A stretch of 64,000 nt of DNA. Source: Candidatus Sericytochromatia bacterium (GTDB taxonomy: Bacteria; Cyanobacteriota; Sericytochromatia; S15B-MN24; JAQBPE01). The position numbers and the translations under genes were made by a program. The notes beneath the pieces are model-generated. The model made no database searches and was not told where the DNA came from. It saw nothing but the letters and a program-made list of their open reading frames with translations. Below, piece by piece: positions 1 to 9,800 of this stretch; positions within the stretch are counted from its first letter, which is position 1, and the number at the start of each line of letters is the position of its first letter. The stretch covers positions 30,407 to 94,406 of the forward strand of contig JBBAPZ010000003.1 of NCBI GenBank assembly GCA_040400605.1, in the 5' to 3' direction.

Positions 1-142
1 CCCCCAACGGGCAACCCGCATCATTGACGATGACGACCTCAAAATCCCGAAACGTCTGATCAGCCAGCGACGTCAACAATTCATCCAAGGCCTCCGGCTG
101 ATTGAAAGCCGTGACAAGCACCGAAATCAATGGCGCAGCCAT
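1..142 (-). CDS. Glycosyltransferase family 2, N-terminal part (runs off the window)
   Basis: Read manually: MAAPLISVLVTAFNQPEALDELLTSLADQTFRDFEVVIVNDAG, the GT2 N-terminal pattern; SD AGGAGG upstream. Confidence 0.85.
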   Translation of the reverse strand, partial: MAAPLISVLVTAFNQPEALDELLTSLADQTFRDFEVVIVNDAGCPLG

Positions 143-208
143 ATCGTCACTCCTCCTATCCGATTCAAGGTCGGCAGCCGGTCACGCCTGTTACAGCCCC
201 CCGCAAAC

Positions 209-347
209 TCAATCATCCAACGTGTTTACCCCACTGGCAAGTTTTTGACCGCTGGCATCGCGCGATCACCTTAAGACCACGCAATGGTCCCACCGACCGC
301 CGAATGTTACTGACATTTAACAAACAGTCAGTCAATCTGATGGATGG
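209..347. mobile_element. Degenerate MITE-like repeat, copy A
   Basis: 290-347 matches 55683-55740 at 50/58 ungapped and shares the TTTAACnAACAnTCAGTCAATCTG core with the copies at 19.4 and 35.9 kb; left end uncertain. Confidence 0.55.
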
Positions 348-461
348 CATCAGGAACTGCCGCGATCACATCAATTGCCGTGCTGGTCCCGTAACGCCTT
401 CACACATCAACACGCGTGATCTGGCGGTCTTGGCCCCTTGTGACTGCCGTGCCATTGTGGG

Positions 462-3400
462 ATGTGCAACAGGCATACCCTTGACCCATTTTCAACGCCA
501 GATTGCCATGCGATGCCCGAATCCGGGTATAGTGCTCACACTATGTCTGAAACCGGGTGTCAGTCACTTCCCAGCATCAGCCCGAGCGCCCCTTCGGTAT
601 GGGTGAGGCGTGAATTCGAGCGATGGCGCGATGCCGAGCCCCGTGCCCGCTTGTTGCTGGCTGGGCCTGGTTTTGGCAAGACGCAAAGTGCACGTGCGAT
701 CGCCGAAGCACACGCGCGAGACAAAGCCTCAGCGATCGCCTGGTTGAGCCTGCGCCCGCAAGACGCTTCGCACGTGGCACTCGCCGATGCCATGCAAGCC
801 GCATTGATCGCATCGAATTCTTCTGCCCCTGCGCAAGACGCGCTGTTGGGTGCCTGTGACGCGCTGCGCACGGCCACTGCGGATCTATGGCAACCGTTTT
901 GGATGGTTTTGGGCACGCTTCCGACACGCCTGGTGTTGGTTTTGGATGATCTCCACACGATTCAAGAAATCGTGGGCGAGCATTTCTGGTCCTCGCTGGT
1001 GTGGATTCCCGATACCGTCCGATTGGTACTGACTGCGCGAGAAAGGCCGGACGCACCACTTGCGAGGATGCAGGCAAACAATCAACTGCGGGTGATTACC
1101 GGCGCGTCGTTGCGTTTTCGCGACGAAGAGATTCGCGAACTGATCCAGCACGTGGCGCCCGGCCGCATGGGCGATCGCACCTGGTGGCGCACCGTTGGCC
1201 ACTTGAATGGCTGGCCGCTGGGTGTAACCTACCTCGCAATCACCCCAGACGAGCCCGCTGCCACCACAAACGTTGGCCCCACCTTGCCCGCAGCGCTGGC
1301 AAGCTATATTGAGGAGGAATGCCTATTTGTGCTGTCCCCTCAAGAACGGGAAGCATTGCCAGCCTTGGCATTACTTGAGGAATGTCAGTCAAATGCGTGG
1401 CAAGCCGTGGTACCCACGCATCGGGGCGACTGGTTGCGGCGGCTCGGGAACCTTGGTTTGCTCGACACGGACACCGTGCCTTGGGTTTTGTTTTCACACC
1501 TCAAACACCACCTGCTCCTGGCTGGCAAGCGACTCATCCCGGCAAACACACGGCTCGCTTTACACGCGACCTTGGCTGACCATTACCTGGCAGCCGAACA
1601 AATCCAACTCGCGTTGCCCCACCTGGCAGCAGCCCGCCGCTACGACGAACTCGCGCAATTTTGCGAGCAGTGCTTTCCTTTGATGTACACTGCCGGCCGC
1701 GAAGCGCAAATGACCGAATGGTTGCGCCAGTTACCGCGTGAACTGGTGCAGGCCCGTCCCGCTTTGGCGTACTGGGCTGCAATGGTCCCAGGTCGTCGTG
1801 AGCACCGCGCGCCCGATGTGTGGGATGAGGCACGTGCAATCTGTCAACGGATGGGCGATCTTGACACGGAACGTTGGGTGTTGCTCGCAAGCCTACGAGA
1901 GGCCCTTTGGCCTCCGACAGCCACAGATTTAAGCGATTGCATGAGTGCCTTTGAAAACCTGGCGGATGGGGCCACGATTCCTCAACAGGCGCAATGGAAG
2001 CTCATCCAGGCGCAACTCGCGGTGCGACAACACGGTGACTGGGAAACCCGACGTCATGTCAGTGACCAAATCCTGACGATGACGTCGGATGGCGATCCCC
2101 GCCTGGCCTTTACACAGGTCGAAGCCGCTTTTGAACTGACACGCTACTGGCTGATGCGGGGTGATTGGGCCATGGCCACGCAATGTGCCAATCATGGGGC
2201 GGAGACGGCGCGCACGTGGAACTTTCCGAAACTGACCGTGATTGGGCGTTTTATCTGCGCCGAGGTCTTGATGCACGCCGGACGCGAAGACGAGGCAGCT
2301 GCCCTCGTGCAACATTTACCCGTTGACTGGAGTCAGTCACTCGCTTGGCAACACGTGGCAGATGCGTACCGGGTGCTCGGATGGATCACCGCCTCTGACA
2401 CGCCAGACAAAACCGGTGAAGCGCTTTTGCTGCGTTCGCTTGGCATCTACTCACGCCACGGCGAAACTGATGGGATGAAACTGGCTTTGAGCCACTGGCT
2501 GACCACCCTGCACAAACACGGTCAAAGCGCCCGAGCCGAACAAATCATCATCAATTGGCCAACCCGGACCAAAGAGGGGTACCACAACGCACGGTTGATA
2601 CAGGCACGGGCCCTCAACCTCACGGCAATGGGGCATCATCAACAGGCATTGGCCCTCATCACGCCCATCAAGGCAGAACTGCAGCGGCTTGAAGCCGGTT
2701 GGGCACTGTTTGAGCACCAGCTCATCGAAGCCGTACTGCATGAACAACTGGGGCAACGGGAAACGGTCCGCTCACTCATCCGGCAAGCCCACGCCATCGC
2801 CGAGAATTTGGGTTATCAAGGCTTCTTAAAAACACCGCCTGGGTGGCTTGCCCCCATCGTGCCACTGCTCTCCGACACAAGCGCTGCACTGGTCACAGTG
2901 CCCGATGCGTCACAAGGGTTGCCCGCCCCGGTTACCCACACGCAGGGTTTAAGCGTACGCCTGTTTGGGGGCTTTGAAGTGCGGCGAAATGGGGATTTAA
3001 TCACCGAATGGCCCCGTCGCAAAGCACAACTGGTGCTTGCAGGATTGATTCTCTATCCGCGGGGTCTGATGCTTTTGGAGCTGGCCGAACGCCTCGGGCG
3101 TGACGAAGGGGGTGGCAGTGTCACCACCACCAAAGTGGCCGTGTCCGCCCTGCGACGGGTGCTGGAGCCAGATGCCCCCGATGGTGTCACCAACTGGCGT
3201 GTCATCACCCGCGAGGGCGAACGCTACAAACTCGAACCAACGGAATTGACCCATTGCGACGTGCTGGAGTTTGAGAATCACCTCAATCAAGGTGACAGGC
3301 TCTGGCAATCAAGCCCGCAACAAGCGGCACACCACGTCGAACAGGCTGTGAACCTTTATACCGGTCATTTATTGGACCAACCGGCCCACGAGCGCTACTT

Positions 3401-3698
3401 CATCGAAGAGCGCGAGGCGTTTCGCCAACGCGCACACGGCGCATTTTTGCGCTTGGCGCATTTTTATAGTGAACGAAACGATCACCGTGAAGCGGAACGC
3501 ATCCTCGAACAGGCGGCACCGTTGTGGCCAGCGGATGAAGACGTGGCCGGCGCCCTGATGGTGCTTTTTCACCGTCAGGGACTGCATGATCGCCTCCGCA
3601 TGACCTACTGGGATTGCCGCAAAGCACTCAAATCCATTCTGAACCGGACACCGGGCGACGAGTTCGAAACCTTGTATCGACGCCTGCAAGCACCCTGA
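462..3698 (+). CDS. MalT-like STAND ATPase with helical sensor and C-terminal SARP/BTAD activator domain (true start probably 513 or 543)
   Basis: Walker A AGPGFGKT, Walker B LVLDDLH, LRFRDEE and GWPLG motifs; C-terminal LSVRLFGGFEV...AVNLYTG BTAD-like region. Confidence 0.8.
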   Translation: MCNRHTLDPFSTPDCHAMPESGYSAHTMSETGCQSLPSISPSAPSVWVRREFERWRDAEPRARLLLAGPGFGKTQSARAIAEAHARDKASAIAWLSLRPQDASHVALADAMQAALIASNSSAPAQDALLGACDALRTATADLWQPFWMVLGTLPTRLVLVLDDLHTIQEIVGEHFWSSLVWIPDTVRLVLTARERPDAPLARMQANNQLRVITGASLRFRDEEIRELIQHVAPGRMGDRTWWRTVGHLNGWPLGVTYLAITPDEPAATTNVGPTLPAALASYIEEECLFVLSPQEREALPALALLEECQSNAWQAVVPTHRGDWLRRLGNLGLLDTDTVPWVLFSHLKHHLLLAGKRLIPANTRLALHATLADHYLAAEQIQLALPHLAAARRYDELAQFCEQCFPLMYTAGREAQMTEWLRQLPRELVQARPALAYWAAMVPGRREHRAPDVWDEARAICQRMGDLDTERWVLLASLREALWPPTATDLSDCMSAFENLADGATIPQQAQWKLIQAQLAVRQHGDWETRRHVSDQILTMTSDGDPRLAFTQVEAAFELTRYWLMRGDWAMATQCANHGAETARTWNFPKLTVIGRFICAEVLMHAGREDEAAALVQHLPVDWSQSLAWQHVADAYRVLGWITASDTPDKTGEALLLRSLGIYSRHGETDGMKLALSHWLTTLHKHGQSARAEQIIINWPTRTKEGYHNARLIQARALNLTAMGHHQQALALITPIKAELQRLEAGWALFEHQLIEAVLHEQLGQRETVRSLIRQAHAIAENLGYQGFLKTPPGWLAPIVPLLSDTSAALVTVPDASQGLPAPVTHTQGLSVRLFGGFEVRRNGDLITEWPRRKAQLVLAGLILYPRGLMLLELAERLGRDEGGGSVTTTKVAVSALRRVLEPDAPDGVTNWRVITREGERYKLEPTELTHCDVLEFENHLNQGDRLWQSSPQQAAHHVEQAVNLYTGHLLDQPAHERYFIEEREAFRQRAHGAFLRLAHFYSERNDHREAERILEQAAPLWPADEDVAGALMVLFHRQGLHDRLRMTYWDCRKALKSILNRTPGDEFETLYRRLQAP

Positions 3699-3984
3699 GC
3701 CGGCATCGCGGCCCTGATGGGCCCCGTCACGACGATGCAGCGCGGTTTTGACAGAATTGGCTCACTCCCGTGTTGTCTTATTGGCGATTCTGGCCAAAAA
3801 TGACCCCGTCATCGTAACGATGTATCGCCATCCGGATAGCGCGGCATCACAAACCATCTGTCCCGGACGCACACTAGGAGGCGTGCGCTCACTGAACCAG
3901 CAAAGCAAGTCTTAAGACGGTTTTCGGTGATTGCCAAGACTTGCTGGCGTGATGGCTTGCATCGTTTGAAACGGAAAGGGGTGA

Positions 3985-5262
3985 ATGATGTTCCGAAATC
4001 GGACCCGTCCCATGGTTGGGCTTGCTGTTTTTGCGCTACTGGCCGTTGGCTGTCAAGGGCAAAACGTGTCAGCACCGACACGACAACTGCTCAACGTGAA
4101 AGAAGAAGCCCAACCGGTGAGCCAGGAAGCAGCGCAAGCCGAGGCCATGGCCATTCCCATTCTCGGGGCCGCGAAACTGACAGCGGCGCAACAGCGTTTG
4201 ATCAAAGGCCTCATTTTGCGGCATCGCGTCGAGACGTTGACCGATAAAATGAAACCGGTGACCCAAACCTTATCCCGCATTCTCAGTGAAGAAAAAGTTG
4301 ACAGCCAAAAGCTGCGCGAAGCCCTGGCCGAATGCCAAGCCATTCACAATCAGGTCATGCTGTCCCATATTCCTTTAATGGGGGCTGTGCGCGGTATCTT
4401 GAGTCCAAACCAGCAATTGGCCGTGGCCAATGCCTTGCTCGCAAGCGTTGACAAACCCGGCGTTCAAGCGGAGGTTCCTGCGACAAGTGAGGCCCAGTCC
4501 TTGCCGGCAATGGGCGAGCGCCTGGTACTCACCCCCACGCAGAAAGTCCTGTTTGCCAATCTGAAAGACATGTCCGCACTGACCGGCACGTTAAGGCAAG
4601 CGATCGCCACATTTATGGTCAACGGGGACGACAATGCCCTCAGGCAAGCCATCCTCAATGACCCAGAACGCCAAGTTCGCCTCGATGCCATGGCAGCAGC
4701 CCTTGAGAGCCTGACCGCGGCACAACGACAAATCTTGCTGGGCTCCCGTCTGGCAAGCGTGGATGCGGAGCCATCGGGTGAAAAAAGTGCTGAAAAACCC
4801 GCCGAATCCATTGCAACGAGCGAGTCCGAGGGCTCAGCCACACCCAGCGCCTACCAACTGTCACGACACGGTGGCGCCACCGTGCGTCGCGGGGGAGGAT
4901 ACGGTGGCGGTTATCGGGGGCACGGCGGTCAACGTGGTCGTATCGGTCACCGCGGGCATGGTAGACACCATCGCGGGAATCGTGGCTGGGGCGGCTACTG
5001 GGGCAGCGGTTACTGGGCGGGCGCCGGGGTGGACCCGTTCTGGTGGGGTACCTTGCCTTATGTATCAAGCCGCTACTTGTTTTTAGGGGGCATGTACTAC
5101 CCGTTTTACATCAATCAGGGCCTGTATTATCCGGATCTCAGCAGTCCCTACCAACGCCTGGGTGGTCAGTTCATGCCCGTTTATCAAGCGGTTGATGCTC
5201 CCACTGATTTGCCAACATCAATCGCACCCGCGCAAGCGGTGGTTGTCGCTGCCGAGCAGTAA
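3985..5262 (+). CDS. Lipoprotein: helical Spy/CpxP-like region, then Gly/Arg/His-rich and Tyr/Trp-rich tail
   Basis: Lipobox AVGC; LTAAQQ/LSPNQQ/LTPTQK/LTAAQR motifs; GGYGGGYRG and YYPFY tail. Confidence 0.7.
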   Translation: MMFRNRTRPMVGLAVFALLAVGCQGQNVSAPTRQLLNVKEEAQPVSQEAAQAEAMAIPILGAAKLTAAQQRLIKGLILRHRVETLTDKMKPVTQTLSRILSEEKVDSQKLREALAECQAIHNQVMLSHIPLMGAVRGILSPNQQLAVANALLASVDKPGVQAEVPATSEAQSLPAMGERLVLTPTQKVLFANLKDMSALTGTLRQAIATFMVNGDDNALRQAILNDPERQVRLDAMAAALESLTAAQRQILLGSRLASVDAEPSGEKSAEKPAESIATSESEGSATPSAYQLSRHGGATVRRGGGYGGGYRGHGGQRGRIGHRGHGRHHRGNRGWGGYWGSGYWAGAGVDPFWWGTLPYVSSRYLFLGGMYYPFYINQGLYYPDLSSPYQRLGGQFMPVYQAVDAPTDLPTSIAPAQAVVVAAEQ

Positions 5263-5353
5263 CAGCGTTCGGATAATTTAACGGGGTGAACGCCAAGCGT
5301 GGCGTCAATCACCGCTAAAGTTGGCACCCACGATTTCGTTCACGCCATCTCAA

Positions 5354-5391
5354 GCGGCATCCCGGCGATCAGGTGATCGCCGGGATGCCGC
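5354..5391. terminator. Perfect 18-bp inverted repeat between convergent genes
   Basis: GCGGCATCCCGGCGATCA-GG-TGATCGCCGGGATGCCGC. Confidence 0.55.
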
Positions 5392-5596
5392 ATCCGATTT
5401 CGAAGGCCAATCACGTCACACCACTCAAGCAGATGCCTTACCCCGTCACGCACCCTTTCGCAGCACGAAACCCTGACACTGAAGGCGATAACATAGTCAA
5501 GAACAAGTGGTTCCGATTTTCAGGCGATCGCCATGAAAACACGCAGCCCAACGGGATGTCAGACAGTCTTGGATTTGATGCTGTGTCAAACAGGTT

Positions 5597-6847
5597 TCAC
5601 AGTGAGAGGGCGCCTGTCTGGCGATACACACTTTCACCGTGATGATGAATATCCAGACCTTCCACTTCAACGTCGTGTGTCACGCGTAAACGAACAGTTG
5701 CATCCAGGATTTTAAGCAACACATAACTGCCCAGCGCAGCATAGCTTGCGACCGCCAGGACAGCCAGCAATTGAATCCCCAACAAAGACGCATTGCCCGC
5801 CAAAAGCCCCTCAGCACCGGCTGGGTTGAGGGCTTTGCTCGCGAAAATGCCTGTGGCGATCGCCCCAAGCACACCCCCCACACCGTGTATCGAAAAAGCA
5901 TCCAGCGAATCATCCAACCGCCGCGAACGATTCAGCCAAGCCGCTGCCACATAACAACTCAATGCGGACACAGCACCAATAAGCAACGCAGCCAGCGGAC
6001 TCACATAACCAGCCGCAGGCGTCACGGCAACCAATCCCGCCACCGCACCATTGGCCCCACCCACCACGCTGACCTTGCCAGCGCGTGAACCATCCACCAG
6101 CATCCAGGCACAGGCACCGGCCGCGGCAGCCGTGTTGGTCGTGACAAACGCCAAGGCTGCAATCGCATTGGCACCCAACGCACTGCCGGCATTGAAACCG
6201 AACCAACCAAACCAGAGCAAAGCCCCACCAAGCAAAACAAAGGGCACATTGGTACCCTGCAAAACCCGTTCAAAACGATGCTGCCGCGGCCCCAGGATCA
6301 AGGCCGCCACCAAAGCGGACACCCCGGCAGAAATATGCACAACCGTGCCACCCGCAAAATCGAGCGCACCCAAATTGCGCAACCAACCACCCTCGCCCCA
6401 TACCCAGTGCGCTATCGGCGCATAAATCGTCAAAGACCACAGCAGCGTGAACCACACATATCCCTTGAAAGACATCCGCTCAACGATCGCCCCCGAAATC
6501 AAGGCGGGCGTGATCATCGCAAACACACTCTGAAACGCCACAAAAGCCAAATGCGGCACATTGCTCGCATAAGCAGACTGGGTTTGCGTCAAAATGCCCT
6601 GCAAGCCAAACCATTGTCCCGAACCAATCACCGCCGACAAGGGCCCCGTGTTCGGCGCAAAAGCCAGGCTGTAACCCAACAGCACCCACGTCACACCCAC
6701 CACCGCCATGGCGATGAAACTCATCATCAAGGTGTTCAAAACATTGCGACCACGCACCATCCCACCGTAAAAAAAACCAAGCCCGGGGGTCATCAGCAAC
6801 ACCAACGCGCTACAAAGCAGAACAAAAGCCGTATCACCCGTGTTCAC
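5597..6847 (-). CDS. amtB: Ammonium transporter
   Basis: DFAGGTVVH, WFGWFGFNAGS, DDSLDAFSIHG motifs; multiple TM segments. Confidence 0.97.
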   Translation of the reverse strand: MNTGDTAFVLLCSALVLLMTPGLGFFYGGMVRGRNVLNTLMMSFIAMAVVGVTWVLLGYSLAFAPNTGPLSAVIGSGQWFGLQGILTQTQSAYASNVPHLAFVAFQSVFAMITPALISGAIVERMSFKGYVWFTLLWSLTIYAPIAHWVWGEGGWLRNLGALDFAGGTVVHISAGVSALVAALILGPRQHRFERVLQGTNVPFVLLGGALLWFGWFGFNAGSALGANAIAALAFVTTNTAAAAGACAWMLVDGSRAGKVSVVGGANGAVAGLVAVTPAAGYVSPLAALLIGAVSALSCYVAAAWLNRSRRLDDSLDAFSIHGVGGVLGAIATGIFASKALNPAGAEGLLAGNASLLGIQLLAVLAVASYAALGSYVLLKILDATVRLRVTHDVEVEGLDIHHHGESVYRQTGALSL

Positions 6848-6861
6848 GTTTACAATTCTCC

Positions 6862-9800
6862 TTAGCTATTGACTGACACCACACCAGCTTCTGGTGCACG
6901 AACCGGCATTGGCTCACGCGGTGGGTGAGGCTGCACGTGCAAGACCTGTTCCCGGCAACGGTCCCATTGCGCCAGAATCGCGCTTGCGAAAGCACTTCCC
7001 GTCAAGTCCACGTGCGTCTGCAAGAGCGTCAAAACCGCCAACTCGTTCCCGGAATCCAAACGTTTGGCAACCACCGTGTCCTGGTTCAAGGCGGCAGCCA
7101 AACTCCCTTCAGGATCGTAGACATAAAGATCCCCACCCGTCATCCCTGCGGCGAGATTCGCACCCACCGACCCGAGGATCAAAACCGTGCCCCCGGTCAT
7201 GTATTCACACGCGTGATGCCCCACTCCCTCAATGACAGCGATCGCCCCCGCATTGCGCACGGCAAAACGCTGTCCCGCACAGCCTGCCGCATACAACGCC
7301 CCCCCGGTGGCACCATACAAAACCGTATTGCCAACAATCGCCTGCGGTCGCTCCGTTTGACGGTCCGGACGGATCACAAGCAATCCCCCGGCCAACCCCT
7401 TGCCCACATAATCATTCGCCTCACCCACCAGACACAGGTGCAACCCACTGACACCAAAGGCACCAAATGATTGCCCCGCAACCCCCTGAAAATGCAGATG
7501 AATCGGCTTCGGTGAACCCGTTTCACCGTGGCGACGCGTGATCACCCCCGCCACAGCCGTACCCACTGCGCGATCCATATTATGAATCGGATAATGCCCA
7601 ACGAAGGGCTGCATCGCATCCAATGCCCCCGCCACATCCGCAAGCAGACGGGCGGAAAGGGTGTTTGAATCACTTGTATGCGGCGACACCGAGTGAACCA
7701 TTGGCGCCGGTCGAACCAGCAAGGGCCCCAGATCCAAGGTGTGGCCCCGTGGGTGCGCAATCGGTGTCGTGTGCAAACAATCTGTCCGACCAACCGCTGC
7801 TTCAAGCGATTCAAACCCCAATTCACCGAGGTTTTCGCGCACATCGTCAGCCACACCGATCAAGTAAGCAACAATATTCTCCGGCGTACCCTTGAAACGT
7901 GCACGCAACCGTTCATCCTGCGTGGCGATGCCCACCGGACAATTATTTTGGTGGCATTGCCGGGCCATCACGCAGCCGGCAGCAATCAACAAAGGCGTGC
8001 CAAAACCAAATTCATCTGCTCCCAACAAGGTCGCAATCACCACATCCTTGCCTGTCTTCAAACCACCATCCACACGCAGTCGCACCCGTGCACGCAAACC
8101 ATTCATCAAGAGGGTTTGCTGCACTTCCGCAAGGCCCAATTCCCATGGCAAACCCGCATAACGCAACGAACCAAGGGGTGAAGCCCCCGTCCCCCCGTCA
8201 TGCCCACTGATGTGAATCACGTCGGCACCCGCTTTGACAACGCCTGCTGCAATGGTACCGATACCGAGACTCGCAACCAGTTTAACCGCGATTCGCGCCA
8301 ACGGATGCAAGGTTTTCAGGTCGTGAATCAATTGCGCGAGATCCTCGATGGAATAGATGTCATGATGCGGTGGCGGTGAGATGAGCGGTGTCCCCACCCG
8401 CGCGCGACGCAGGCGCGCAATCTCCGCATTGACCTTGAACCCCGGCAACTGCCCACCTTCTCCCGGCTTGGCGCCTTGGGCAATCTTGATTTCAATTTCA
8501 TCCGCACTCAGCAAATAATGCGGTGTTACGCCAAAACGACCTGCTGCGATCTGTTTGATGGTTGAATTGGCACAGTCCCCGTTGGCGTCGGGCTTGAAAC
8601 GCGCTGCATCTTCGCCCCCTTCACCGGAATTGCTGCGCGCCCCGAGGCGGTTCATCGCAATGGCAATCACTTGATGCGCCTCACGCGACAGCGCGCCGAG
8701 GGACATCGCCGAAGCCACGAAGCGCCTGGCGATCGCCCCGGCCGATTCCACCTGCTCCAAATCCACCGGCGCTTGCGTCGAACAGAGGCTCAAACCATCG
8801 CGCAAGACCCAGGCACGCGCTTCAACCGCAACCACCGGTCGCACCCGGTCAAGCTGCGATGCACGGGCCTGTTGCTGAATCGCCTTGAACACAGCAGGGC
8901 TATTGTGATGCGGCTCGCCCCCCACACGGTAACGAAAGTGGCCCTGATCCGCTAACACGGCATCACCCGACGCATCAAAGGCACCCACATGCCGCATCAG
9001 GCAATCATCCACCAATTCAGCTAACCCGATTCCCCCGATCGGCGATCGCAACCCCCGAAAATAACGCCCAAGAAACGCACCGCTCAAACCCACGGCATCA
9101 AACAAGGCAGCACCCTGGTAACTTCGGAGGGTGCCAATCCCCATTTTGGCCATGATTTTTTTGAGTCCCGCCTCCAACGCCCGCTGATAATTCCGCTGGG
9201 CCATCACCCCGTTCAAGCCAAGACCAGGTGCCAACGCCGCCACCGTGCGCAACGCCACATGCGGCAGCACCGCTGTTGCTCCAAAACCCAGCAGCAACGC
9301 CAGATGGTGATCCTCAATCACATCACCAGCCGCAACAATCAAGCCAACCTTCCCTCGGAAACCCGCCTCAACCAAGGCCATGTCCACATAGGATGTCACA
9401 AGTAACGCAGGGATTGCCACGCGTGCCGGCGCGATCGCCCGATCCGAAAGAATCAGGACCCGCACCCCCGCCCTTGCCAAGCGCACCGCTTCATCGGCCA
9501 GGTCAGCCAATCGCCGCTCAAACCCCGCCGCCTGTTCCATCACATCACACGTGGCATCCAGCCATGCATGCGCACTCACCCGTGCCTGAATCAATGCCAA
9601 GGTCTCCTCTTGCAGGACAGGCGATGACAACCCCAAAAACCCGTCTGCATGCGCCACTGCAACATCCAGGTTCATCATCACCGCCTCACGTAACGCATCA
9701 ATGGGCGGGTTGGTGACCTGAGCGAAACGCTGTTTGAAATAGTGATACAACGTGCGCGGGCGACGCGCCAACAAAGCAATCGATGTGTCATCTCCCATCG

